Source of the DNA: Bilabrum cf. latius
Taxonomy: Eukaryota
Assembly (NCBI GenBank): GCA_965178125.1
Contig: OZ237769.1
Coordinates: forward strand, 62,001-126,000
Length of the DNA: 64,000 bases
Direction of reading: 5' to 3'
Under the pieces are notes generated by a model, which was given only the letters and a program-made list of their open reading frames with translations, made no database searches and had not been told where the DNA came from. The number at the start of each line of letters is the position of its first letter. Positions within the stretch are counted from its first letter, which is position 1. Positions 38,120-50,292 of the stretch are shown one piece after another. The translations under genes and the position numbers were made by a program.

Positions 38120-39048
38120 GCCGCGCAAATACCTTGTTGGCGCTCGCCCTGACCGAAGCAGCCCTCAAGAAGTTCCGTATTGCGCGGCGCCGCTTTCAAC
38201 AGATCCCTATCGATCGCTGTCGTGGGCACTGATCCGTCCGAAATATTATCAAATACAACACCGACTAGTACATGCCACAAGACGGCATGCAGGCCTTGTC
38301 AGGGGGCAGAGGCAAGCCGGGGATCATGGAGCTGTGCATCGTCCAGCGGCGCAGCAAGGTCCTGCCCCACTGGCGGTACCTTCAGGAACAGGTGTGGAGC
38401 GATGGGGAGGAGGGTGGATTGCGGCTGTGCACCGGGGAGGGGGCTGCCACGACCACGTGGTGTAGCGGTTTGATGAGCAAGCTAGGCAAGCGTGTCAAAT
38501 GCTGGGCCAGGGGGCAAGACACCAGCTTGAAGGAGCGCAAGGTGGAGATCACAGGGGGCGGCCGTGTGGCCGGACCGGCACATCATCGACCCCACCACGC
38601 CCATGAGCGCGATGTCGTGCACAATGACCTTTGATATCGGGAACTCTGTACGACCTCGTGGACACCGTCAACGGGGGGCCAGGCGGTCATCCAAGAGGCG
38701 GGGCCACCCAAGAGCAGACCTGGCCAAGAGGCTGCGCCGTCCAAGGAAGCGGGCCTGCGGCAAGAAGCTCACGAGTGCGAAAAGTCGGGGGCTCTCGCAA
38801 AATTGCAGGCTGGTTATACGAAAGCTGTGCAAGATTGGCTTGATCGAATGAACTTATCATTCCGGCAATGACACAGACGGCCATTGAGGGCTCGGCTCAA
38901 TTAAATCACACTTCGTCACGATTGCCACGTTACTAGCAAACCGAAACTACTTGACACGTTGACCTGCTTTTGCCGTAGATTGGCGCACTAGGACCATAGT
39001 TTCCATTATCCTCTCCAGTTGCACCGGTATTTATCCTTAGATTCTGCC

Positions 39049-41915
39049 ATGCCGTCAACTGACGCGGTAGACATGCCACTAGCAAAGAAATTGGAGGATT
39101 TGCAGCAGGAAATCGAAACTGTCCAGGCTGCTATGTCGAAGAACGCTGAGAAGTGAGTCAGATATTCAGGCGCCGTGCATTGTTTGCGTATCGTGACATC
39201 AAGTTTCGCACACTGGGGAGTATTGTGAGGTTGTGTTGCCTACATGCTGCTTGAGATGCGGCGAAGCAGCAGGGGACGGAGCATGATCTGGGACGACGCA
39301 TCGCCCATTGTACTTGTTTTGATTTACAGAAGGTCTGTTTATCTTTAAGTTGTTCCCACGAATTACACTAGTTACCATGTTGCCATTGCAGGGCAGCGGA
39401 GTACCAAGCCCTGATTGACAAGGCCAGCAGCGTGCAGAAGCAGGCTCTCGAGGGGTTTCAGTCCCACTCCAAGAAGCTATCCAGGGCAGAAAAGCGACTG
39501 CAATCCCTCGAGCAAGAGGCTGGCTCGAATACGGACGTCGAGGAGGCACTCAAGCGCTGCCAGGCCTCGATGGAGGTGGCGAGCGCGCAGGCCAAGGTCG
39601 TGCACGAGGTGCAGCCCGAGAACGGCAGCTACTTCCTGCGACTGTTCCTTGGCAGAATCAACGTGAAGAGCTACATGAAGTAGGACAGGGACAAGATCAA
39701 GTCCGAGGTGCACCAATTCCGCCGCGGTACCAACATCGTGTTCCTGCTGATCCCCATCCTGTGGGCGCTGTCCAACTACTTCCTGAGGCACCTGTTCGAG
39801 TACACGGACTGGCTGTCCACGGTGACCCACGTGTGGCTTCTCTACTACTACGTTTCTCTTTCTCTGCGGGAGAACATACTGAAGGCCGTGAGTAGTTCTG
39901 CCTGGTGGGGATGTTGTTGAGCAAGGCGTGCCAGCTCAAGGGCATGCACCGCTGTTGTTGAGCAAGGCGTGCCAGCTCAAGGACATGCACCGCTGTTGTT
40001 GAGCAAGGCGTGCCAGCTCAAGGGCATGCACCGCTGTTGTTGAGCAAGGCGTGCCAGCTCAAGGGCATGCACCGCTGTTGTTGAGCAAGGCGTGCCAGCT
40101 CAAGGGCATGCACCGCTGTTGTTGAGCAAGGCGTGCCAGCTCAAGGGCATGCACCGCTGTTGTTGAGCAAGGCGTGCCAGCTCAAGGGCATGCACCGCTG
40201 TTGTTGAGCAAGGCGTGCCAGCTCAAGGGCATGCACCGCTGTTGTTGAGCAAGGCGTGCCAGCTCAAGGGCATGCACCGCTGTTGTTGAGCAAGGCGTGC
40301 CAGCTCAAGGGCATGCACCGCTGTTGTTGAGCAAGGCGTGCCAGCTCAAGGGCATGCACCGCTGTTGTTGAGCAAGGCGTGCCAGCTCAAGGGCATGCAC
40401 CGCTGTTGTTGAGCAAGGCGTGCCAGCTCAAGGGCATGCACCGCTGTTGTTGAGCAAGGCGTGCCAGCTCAAGGGCATGCACCGCTGTTGTTGAGCAAGG
40501 CGTGCCAGCTCAAGGGCATGCACCGCTGTTGTTGAGCAAGGCGTGCCAGCTCAAGGGCATGCACCGCTGTTGTTGAGCAAGGCGTGCCAGCTCAAGGGCA
40601 TGCACCGCTGTTGTTGAGCAAGGCGTGCCAGCTCAAGGGCATGCACCGCTGTTGTTGAGCAAGGCGTGCCAGCTCAAGGGCATGCACCGCTGTTGTTGAG
40701 CAAGGCGTGCCAGCTCAAGGGCATGCACCGCTGTTGTTGAGCAAGGCGTGCCAGCTCAAGGGCATGCACCGCTGTTGTTGAGCAAGGCGTGCCAGCTCAA
40801 GGGCATGCACCGCTGTTGTTGAGCAAGGCGTGCCAGCTCAAGGGCATGCACCGCTGTTGTTGAGCAAGGCGTGCCAGCTCAAGGGCATGCACCGCTGTTG
40901 TTGAGCAAGGCGTGCCAGCTCAAGGGCATGCACCGCTGTTGTTGAGCAAGGCGTGCCAGCTCAAGGGCATGCACCGCTGTTGTTGAGCAAGGCGTGCCAG
41001 CTCAAGGGCATGCACCGCTGTTGTTGAGCAAGGCGTGCCAGCTCAAGGGCATGCACCGCTGCACACAAGACGCCGCTAGGGTGTCAGCCTCTCTCCATCC
41101 CCCCTTTGCGCCCGTGGACCGGTCGCCGTCCATGCCTCGCAATCGCTGCACTGCTCGCTTTATGCCCACAATCGCTGCCTGTCCACGATCCATCAATCCA
41201 TCAATCGCAGAACGGTTCACGATTGGACCGCTGGTGGATCCAGCACCACTACGTCAGCGCCTTTATGTCGATTGTCGTGCTCACGTGGCCGCGCACACAG
41301 CTTTACCTCGAGTTCACACCATACTTCACCGGGTATTTCCTATACCAGGCCGTCGTGCAGATGCTCTCGGCGGCCTACCAAGAGTCGAGGTTCAGGGCGA
41401 GGCGGGCCCTGGGCAAGGACAAGGACATGGACGGGGTGCCCACGGACCAGATCCAGGAGTTCCACTCGGGCACGTACGCCATCGTCGCACTCGTAACAGT
41501 GGCGTACACCATCCAAGTGGCGGTGGGCGGGCTGCTCCTGTACAAGGCCTGCACTGCCACCAAGCTGCTGACAGAGCCCTGGTACCGCTGGACGGAGGAG
41601 ATCCAGGTGGTGCTGCTGGGGCTGTGCTTCTGCACGCTGGCCTGCTGCAATGCGGGTGCGCTCTACAGGCAGCTCAAGGTCAAGGTGGTGAAGGCGTTCA
41701 GGGCGGCTGCCGCTGGCATGGTGGGGCTGGCCCGGTCTGGGTCTGGCAGCCTGGTGATGATGGGTGGCGGCAGCATGTTGGGTGGTGGCAAGGGCCAGCG
41801 GGAGGATCAAGGGGGTGACGCCAATGGCGATCCTGGCAAGGGGAAAGTCCAGACCAGTGATGAATCTGGTGCCCGCAAGCGCAAGGTAGCCGCCTCCTCA
41901 TCATCAGCGACCTGA
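39049..41915 (+). CDS. TMEM120: TMEM120/TMPIT family membrane protein, about 434 aa, 3 exons
   Basis: Exons 39049-39152, 39392-39887, 41211-41915. FLRLFLGRINV, WLLYYYVSLSLRENILKA|NGSRLDRWWIQHHYVS, LTWP, RRALG. TAG at 39681; ends TGA. Confidence 0.9.
39912..41059. repeat. Intronic 41-bp minisatellite, 28 copies, each with an internal inverted repeat
   Basis: Unit TGTTGTTGAGCAAGGCGTGCCAGCTCAAGGGCATGCACCGC with period 41; only copy 2 differs (G>A). It lies in TMEM120 intron 39888-41210. Confidence 0.97.
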
Positions 41916-42799
41916 TGGAGATGCACTGGGCAAGACGATCTCAGCACTGTGTTCATTGCCAATTGCACCTCGGGCACTGGATACGTGCCATTCGTGGGCG
42001 CCTGCCAGCAGACTGGTTTCCACAGGATGCAGCTTCGATGGCCCTCTTGGTCGGATATGGTCGCAGACCGCGTCATGGTGCGGGTACTGGCAAGATTATC
42101 CATCCGCATGATGGTGCATTGGAAACATTGGCCGAGTGCTGCTCCTGACGCGCGCGAAATAGAAAGCTCGAGACAAGACTCGAGGTGCTCTCCCGAGAGT
42201 TGCGCCCAACTCTCGAGACCGATGTGGCGTGCAACCGGACGCAGCCCTCGGGTGAGACTAGGTCCTACACGTATCCGGAGTGGTAGGACAAGGGGGCGCG
42301 GGGCTTGGGTCCGATCGCTTGAGCTTACAGACCCCATGCCCTGGTCTAGACTAGTCTAGACATGACTCTGAGTCCGGGGACAGATCGAGGGCCACAAGCA
42401 ATGGTGGCGCTGTTGGCAGGCGGCTGTCACAAGCTCAAATACTGCATGCAATTCAGGTGTAGACTCTTGGAATTGTTTAGTTATCATTTCGGCCTTCGTA
42501 CCTTAATCTGTACAACAGCACTGTCGTTATCCCCGGATCCGCATTCCGGATAGAAGGCTGGCTTAGATCCGGATTCCGGATTCCGGATCAATCATTTCCG
42601 TGCTGCGCAATCCTGGATGCGCACCATCTACAAGAGAGGAGTATACCCGTACAACTCGGGCATTGAGTAGTTTCCTACAGCATCTGCGACCCAGACTTAG
42701 CGGAGCAGACGGCTGGCATGATCTAGATCCGGATGATTCCAAGCAACTTGAAGGCGACTCGGGCTGGTGCACAGCCCACGGCCAACTCCGGTCAGCAGC

Positions 42800-45094
42800 T
42801 TAGCCGAGCGGCACGCCTGCACCCCGCAGTCGCTCCACCTTGTCCGCCTCAGTACCGTGTGCCCCCAGGTCCACCCCGACCAGCTGGCGCAGCCCGGCCC
42901 TCGAGACCCCGCCTAGCCCTGGCTCCTCCTCCGGCGCCCCGTACACGGCCGGTCGGCCCGACCCCCCGTACATCCTGATGTACTCTGCAACTGCGGCTGC
43001 ACCAAAGCCCGTGCCACCCTTGCGGAAGTACATGTCTGGCTTCTTCCTCATGCCGGGGCCGGCGATGTCGATGTGCGCCCATGCCACCCGGCTGTGCCCC
43101 GCTGCCCCCCCCTCTCCCGCCCCGCTGGCCGCGCCCTCGCTGCTGCCCTCCCCATCGCCCTCGCCCTCGTCATTCTCCTCCCCATCCCGAATGAACTTCC
43201 GCAGGAACGCCGCAGCCGTGCACGCCCCAGCATCCCCAGTAGACAAGAGGTCCGCATGGTCCCTCCCCGACTTGCCCACCAGCTGGTCAGAGTGCTCTGG
43301 CAGCACGGGCATGCGCCACATGCGCTCGTGGGTCCGCACACCCACCTCGCGCAACCGCGCAGCCAGAGGCTCCGAGTTGGTAAACAGCCCGGCGGCGTAC
43401 TCTCCGAGAGCCACCACACATGCCCCTGTGAGCGTTGCCAGGTCTAGCACAGTGTGCGGCCGGGCCCACTCCTGCAGGAAATCCAAGGAGTCCGCCAGCA
43501 CCAACCTGCCTTCCGCATCGCAGTTGTTATTGTGCACCGACAGTCCCCGCCTCGACTGCATGATGGCGTGCGGCTTATAGGCGCCGGGCCCGATGGCGTT
43601 CTCTGCACAAGCAACGGCGAATATGGCCCGCACTGGTGCTCTTGTTCTTGCCACGGACAGTGCTGCCCCCAGCACAGCAGCCCCGCCGCCCATGTCGAGG
43701 TGCATGTCCCCGATGGCGGCGGTGGGCTTCAGATTTAAGCCTCCCGTGTCGAACGTGATGGCCTTGCCCAGGCACAGGACCGGCCTGTCAGCCTCATCCA
43801 CGGACCCATCCGCGGCGAAGGCAGACGCGCCCCTCTCCAGACTGGCCGCCCTCTCCCCCTCCTGCCGGTCCATCCACGAAAATGAAGATGAAGAGCTGTC
43901 CTCGGGCCCGTCCACCTCGATCCAGGCAAGTCGGGGCGCCTTGTCCTCCACCTCCTCCTCGACCCCCTGCCCCACGGCCGCGAACATGTGCATCCCATTG
44001 CGGCGCAGCTCCTCCACCCCGCGGATGCAGCGCACTGTGGCGCGCATGCCCGCCCCTCGCATCTCTTTGGCCACCTCCTCTAGCACCTCCTGCATGCGGC
44101 CGGGCGTCACCACGTCAGAGCGCGCGTTGCCCAGGTCCCGCGCCAGCACGGTCCCGTCCGCCTGCGCCTGCGCCACCCGCACGGCCTCGCGAGCGACGTC
44201 CAGGTCTGCCCCCGCGAGTCCCGGGGAGGAAGGGGAGTCTTGCAGAGAGGCCATGAAAGCGTCTGTGCCCTGGTCTGCGGTGCCCTCGGGCAGGGCGGGG
44301 CGGAAGCTGAGGCGCACCTCGGCGGTGGCCCGGTGCTGCTTGCTGGCCTGCAGGTGAGCGTCGAAGCGGTAGCCGGACAGGGCGGCTGCCTGGGTGGCGG
44401 CACCTGCTACGACGTCCAGTGCCATGTGAAGGCCACGGCTGGGTGGCTGGGATGCTGAACTGCTTGATGCTGCCGCTCCAGTGGCAGACCCAGTCGGTGC
44501 TGCTTTGGGCCCCACGACAGCTGGCAGCTGGAGGAGCACGCGCTCGGCGAGCTCCGTACCCTTCTTTCGCTCTCGCGCCAAGATGCCATCCATCCGATCC
44601 ATACACGATACGACAACACTTCGAAGAGATACGGGGTTCAGGCCACTGGCAGGCCCTACACATGCGACAACCTCGCGAGTTGAGCTGCCGGGTCGGTACA
44701 CAGTGACCATCGCTCCACGCCCACCATGCTACAGATCTCTTGCTGCCTGCTGACTCTGCAGGCCTATTTGTTGCCAGGCCCCCGGTGCTGACAATTCCTC
44801 CTTCGTCAAAAGGCGCAGCACTGTGCCGCTTGCAGCCTCCTCTTGTAATGTCACTGACGTGTCAGCCTTCATGCGAGGTTTCCAGTGCGTCATTGCCGTC
44901 ACGCTCAGCTTTGGGGTAGTATGTGCTTGTCGAATCGGTGCGCTTGATCGTACCTGGATCGACTTTGCTGCGCATTGCGAATGCTGCGACAGTTGCAGCA
45001 TAGTCTGGGCAGAAATCGCCGTTGCGTGACGCCACCGAAACCTTGCAGATACCCCTCGACTAGTTCCAATTGACCGACGAAGCCTGGCTATCAT
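42800..45094 (-). CDS. M17 leucyl aminopeptidase with an Arg-rich presequence, about 764 aa
   Basis: LARDLGN, GKAITFDTGGLNLKP, DMGG, ENAIG, NCDAEGRLVLAD, DLATLTGA, WRMP, AAAFL, WAHIDIAG, TGFG. In-frame TAG 44729 joins the upstream ORF. Ends TAA 42800-42802. Confidence 0.93.
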
Positions 45095-45422
45095 ACCTGC
45101 AAGCAAATTGATCAGAATGTCTCTCTTCTGTAGCCAGTGGTACCGTGCGGTGTGATGATGAAACGTGCACCGAGTTTGATCCGATCCCTGCGACTACACT
45201 ACTAGTAGTACTAGTAGAGCAGTCGTGTGCGAATTTTCGCGAGCTTCATCATATGGTTTGCCCCTTAGCGGCAGCGCATGCTGAGGTTGCACGGCTGTTT
45301 CTGCGTTTGCGGGTTTGAATGGCGCCTAACGCTGGCGCACAACCCTGCAGTGCGGCACAGCCAACACACAATATCTGTATCATCGTTCGCAACATAACCA
45401 CATCCCCTCCGCGCTAGGACCC

Positions 45423-48400
45423 TCACCGGTACACCTGCTGCAGCTGCCTCCAGGTCTCCTTCTCCTGCTCACTCATGATGGCCTCCACATCCGCGAGAGG
45501 GTCCGCCACGGGCAGCGGCTGCGGAGACTGGACGACTCCAGCGCGGGCAACAGCAGCATGATCATCAACAACAGCAGCATGATCGCCTTGACTGCTGCCG
45601 ATATTTCTTCCAAGCTCATCCGCCCCACCGGCTCCCATGGCCGCCAGAATTCCCGCTCTGGCGCCCTGCATGGCCTGTCGCACAGCCGCTTGCTTGCTGC
45701 CGGGCGATGGAGATGACTCGACACCGCCGCTGCTCATATCCCCACTCGCCTTACGATTCGCCTTACGATTCGCCTTACGATTCGCCTTACGATCGCCGGC
45801 TCCCCCCTCTTCTCCTTGACCCTGCACTGCATCTGATGCCTACTCGTGCTCCTTCTGGCCCTGTCCCTGGCCCTGTCCCTGGCTTGCAACCCCGGGCCGA
45901 CTCGAGTCCCGGATCGCAACCCCGCTCCCGTTCCCGTTCCCGCTCCCGTTCCCGCTCCCGTTCCCTTCCTCGTTCCCACCCGCCTTCCCTAAAAGACGCA
46001 GCAGGCTCGCTGGGATTGGAACTTGCGCCCCTGCTGATCCACCCACCGTTTTAGCCTCGCTTTCTTCGCCATTTCCGCCACTCTTGCTGGTCTCACTCCT
46101 GCTGCCGCCATCGGCAGCAGACGAGGCAGCGGATTTGGACTCGTCCTCGTTCCGTGCACCACCACGCGATGCACCTGCATCTGACTCCTTCCCCCTCCGC
46201 GCACCTGGACTTGCCATGGCAAGCGCGGCCAGAGACACCCGCGACTGCCTCCCACCTGCACCTGCCCCTGTCTCTGCCCCTGTCTCTGCCTCTCCATCCC
46301 CGTCCCCTCCTCCACCCGTGCCATCGCCCATGCCGCTGTTCTCTCCCCCACGGTCTCCACCATGACCACCACTCCCACGGGCGGACCGGAGGGCCCTTCC
46401 CCCCTCCCCCCTCCCCCCTCCCTCACCCGTCCCACTCCCCCCCTCTGCCCCGGGGCTCTGCAGTGCCCTTACTGCCAGGGCGAGCTCCTCAGGGGACACT
46501 GACCCGCCCAGCGAGGAGGAGATTCCTCGTCTGTTCCCTCCTTCATCCACAGGGTCCTCTCCGCCCGAAGCATCTGCGCCCTCCCCCGCCTGTGTCCGGG
46601 CAGGCGACCGCTAAGGGCTCCACGACATGCCCCCTGCCGACTGCGTGGACGTGTCTCCGCCCCCCACGCTCGAGGGCAGCAGAGGGCCCATCTCGCCTGC
46701 ACTCATCACAGACCCGGGGCCCGTGGGCATCCTGGGCGTGGCAGCACCGGAGTCTCCCCACCCCATCGCCAGGGCGCCAATCCCACCCCCGTCCCCCTAT
46801 CCGTCCAGCCCGCCGCTGGCACCGTGCAGCCCAACCCCTGAATCGCTGCCGCTGCCGCCGCTGCCCAAGGCCACCGCTGATCCCCTGCTCCTGCGTCCCG
46901 CCGAAGACATGGCCAGTGCCCGCTGCGCCGCCCTCTCCGCAATCCTTAGTGCCTGCAGCGGACTCTGGGCAGCCGCTGCCTCCGCCTCCGCTCGTTGTCT
47001 GACGGCTTCGATGGACCGACTGACCTTGTGCCGCATGCGCCGCTCGAAGGACCTGCAGTGCCGCTCGAACTGACGGCGCATCTCCGCCTCCAGCGCAGCG
47101 AACCTTCGCCTCTCTTTCTCTAGCTGTTCCCTGGCAACCACTGCCTCCTTCTTGGCCTCGTTCACCAGCGCCTGCGCCCGCTCCCTGCACCCCGCTTCGA
47201 ACTCCCTCCTCTGCACGTCCTCCTGCTGCATGCGCCGCAACCCCTCCAGCTGCGCCTGTTCCCTGGACTCCGCCGCCCGAGCGATCGCCTCCTCCGCCAG
47301 CTGCCTGTACCTCTTGACCATGCCCTCGGCCCTGTTCCCCACCTCTTTCTCGAACACGCGCCTCCTCTCCTCCGCCCTGCTGGCTGCGTCCATTGCCTGC
47401 AGCTGGGAGCTCTGCTCCGTCTCAGCCGCCCGCGTCATGGCCTCCCGCACCTCCTCCTGCATCTTGGACGCCATCGCCCTTGCCCGCCGGGTCACATCCT
47501 CGAGCGTGCTGGCCCGCTCCTCCTCGTGCCTCCTCTCCGCAGCAGCCCGCTCCTCCCTGTGCCCCTGCCTCTCCCTCGCACGCTCCTCCTCCACCCGGTC
47601 CAGCCGCTCCTGCAGCCGCGCCGCCTGGCTTTCTGCGGCCTCCGCCCGCTTCCGCAGGGCCTGCACCTCCGACTCGCGCGACTCGGTGACCCTCCGCACC
47701 TCCGCCTTGATCCGATCCTCCGCCGCCTCCCTCGCCTTCGCCTCGGCCTCCTCCGTCCTCCTCGCCAGCTCGGCTTCCAGGCTGATCCTGGGACGATCGT
47801 CTCGGGGCCTGGGCCAGGGCCGGGACGGCGATGATGCTCCTGCTGCTGCTTCTGGTGCTCCTGGTGTCGGTCTCTAGACTTCGTTCGGCAGGGTGACTCC
47901 TTTGCCAGCAGTAGAAGGAGGAGGAGAAGAAGAGGCACCGAACGACCCATCCAGGCGGGCACTTGCACGACCCACACGGTCCCTATGCTCGTGGCTCGAC
48001 GCTGTCATCCCGACGTGGTCCCCAATGCCGTGAGGCTGGATAGAGTCACCCGCACCTGCACCTGCACCTGCAGCGGCCTGCGGCGAGCTCACCACGCTGC
48101 CCACTCTGGACCCCACCCTGGATGCAACACGAGAGGCCACGCTCGGTGGACTGTCCGACCCACGGGCCTTCACTGACCCCTTCAGCACTCCATGGGCAGT
48201 TTCCAATGCCTATTCATCATCACCGCCTCCCCCCCTGCCCCTAACAGACTGCATGACCTCCCGAAATCTCGCCCTCTCCGCCTCAAGAAGAGCGTCCACC
48301 TCACTCGCAGGGTCTGTTGCTTGGCCCGCGATGCCACCAGGCAGCACGCCGGTATCGCTCCTGCCAGCAGTGCTACTGCCAGCATCGCTGGTGCTAACCC

Positions 48401-49976
48401 CGCCACCGCCCCCCAGCAGCTGGCCAGCATGATCTCTCGCGGGTGCTTCACCGCGAGTCAACTCCTCCTTCTCCTCCTCCTCTGCCCCGCCACCACCCTC
48501 ATTCTAACTGCCAGAACCACCGCGGCCGATGCCCTCAACACCCCCGTTTCGGAATGCCCTGGCCATGGCTGCTTTGGCTGCAGTCCGCAACCGGTCGAGG
48601 TCCAGGCCCGGCACCTTGGCGCCTTGCCCTGCGCCTTGCCCTGCGCCTGCACCACCATCACCACTGGCACCGCGAGACGGTCCTGAAGAATTTCCCTGTG
48701 CCATCCTATCTACCGCTGCCCCTCTCTCTCTCCTGCCACCGCCAGAGGTGCCTTCATCGATCCCACTAGGCTGCCCCTGCCCCTGCCCCTGCCCCTGCCC
48801 CTGCCCCTGCCCCTGCCCCTGCCCCTGCCCCTGCCCCTGCCCCTGCCCCTGCCCCTGCCCCTGCCCCTGCCCCTGCCCCTGCCCCTGCCCCTGCCCCTGC
48901 CCCTGCCCCTGCCCCTGCCCCTGCCCCTGCCCCTGCCCCTGCCCCTGCCCCTGCCCCTGCCCCTGCCCCTGCCCCTGCCCCTGCCCCTGCCCCTGCCCCT
49001 GCCCCTGCCCCTGCCCCTGCCCCTGCCCCTGCCCCTGCCCCTGCCCCTGCCCCTGCCCCTGCCCCTGCCCCTGCCCCTGCCCCTGCCCCTGCCCCTGCCC
49101 CTGCCCCTGCCCCTGCCCCTGCCCCTGCCCCTGCCCCTGCCCCTGCCCCTGCCCCTGCCCCTGCCCCTGCCCCTGCCCCTGCCCCTGCCCCTGCCCCTGC
49201 CCCTGCCCCTGCCCCTGCCCCTGCCCCTGCCCCTGCCCCTGCCCCCGGCCGTGGGGTGCACTAACTGACGGGGTCACGGGGAGTAGCTTCCCTTGCACCG
49301 CTGAGCTGGGCGGGCCCCCAAGTCCCTCCAGTAGCCCAGCGAACGCACCCCCGCCGCCGCTTCGCTCAGCAGCTGCGACTGCCAGTGCAGAGGAGTCGCT
49401 CCTGGCACCAGGTTCGGGTTTACTGCTGGCTGTCGATCCTCCTTGAATGGTTCCATAAATCTAGGAGTCAGACGGTGTGTAGTCTTTGTTGCGGTCGCCT
49501 GGCGGCGGTCCGTCCGGCAATGGTATGTCGTCGTCATCAGGAACTTGAACTGGTACCATGTCTGCGGGATTTTTCTGTGCTTCATACATTGGCGACTCTT
49601 GCACCCGTGATCTGTTGCTGTTGCTGACAACACGAAGTCTGTGCGCGTCAAAAGTAGCGAGATCTCGCTCAATTGCCTCTTCCTACTTGCGTAGGTCGCG
49701 CGTTCGGATAACCCCTTCGGCTTCTGCTGGCTTAGATGCAATTGCTGATCCCGCTTCTGTTAATGCATGCGCAGTGTTAAAAACCCCTACTTGAGCTGCA
49801 GGCTGCACACTATGCGCAGCCAAGCGAGCGCTGCTCTAGTCTGTGTCGGGCATCTGCAAGCCTAACCTAGATCCTCCTGGTTTGCTCTGCGACACAGCAT
49901 CCTATCTACGCTATGATACAGCACCAACAGGTTGCAAACTTCTCAAAAATCCAGATACTCTCGGTGATGCTGACAT
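45423..49976 (-). CDS. Hypothetical coiled-coil, low-complexity protein (about 1517 aa) containing (Gly-Gln)79
   Basis: Track ORFs 48504, 48210, 47874, 46797, 45840 and 45423 share one frame, joined by about 11 TAGs. ATG at 49976 follows an A-rich context; E/R/A coiled coil at about 46900-47780; ends TGA. Confidence 0.65.
45746..45793 (-). repeat. 12-bp tandem repeat x4 (RKAN)
   Basis: tcgccttacgat repeated four times. Confidence 0.9.
48771..49244 (-). repeat. Perfect hexamer microsatellite (GGGCAG)79 encoding poly(GQ)
   Basis: 474 bp of uninterrupted CTGCCC on the plus strand. Confidence 0.97.
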
Positions 49977-50292
49977 TTTGTGTTTTTGGATTGGTTGCGG
50001 CAACCTGCGGAACCAACGGCCTCAGATCAGCGCGGCGCCACAGCTTGCGACCACCGGTGCGACGTAGAGCGCCGACCGTTTCATACTGCAGTTTGAGGCG
50101 CTTGTTGTGTCAACGCAGTACCTGGTGTGCCCACATTGTGCTTTCATGATGTTGGCTTCCTGAGGGCGCTCTCTTTCCGATCGGATTATCATTCGTAGCA
50201 TCGAAAGGCAAGCTTGCACGCGAAGCAGTCGATTAATTATAGAATGACAGCTCCATACGATGCGGACCGTGGGCTTCAAAAGTTCGTGAGAA

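Noticed and set aside
39912-41059. CRISPR array (palindromic repeats of about 40 bp)
   Set aside because: Units are head-to-tail with no unique spacers, there are no cas genes, and it lies in a eukaryotic intron.
41916-42799. Genes in the TMEM120-aminopeptidase gap, and the TCCGGA cluster at about 42530-42590
   Set aside because: Short ORFs with no recognisable motifs, and too little evidence to call a gene or element.
48529-49446. Poly(CP) and poly(GR) proteins from the hexamer repeat
   Set aside because: Only the GQ frame joins the flanking long frame; the others are by-products of the repeat.
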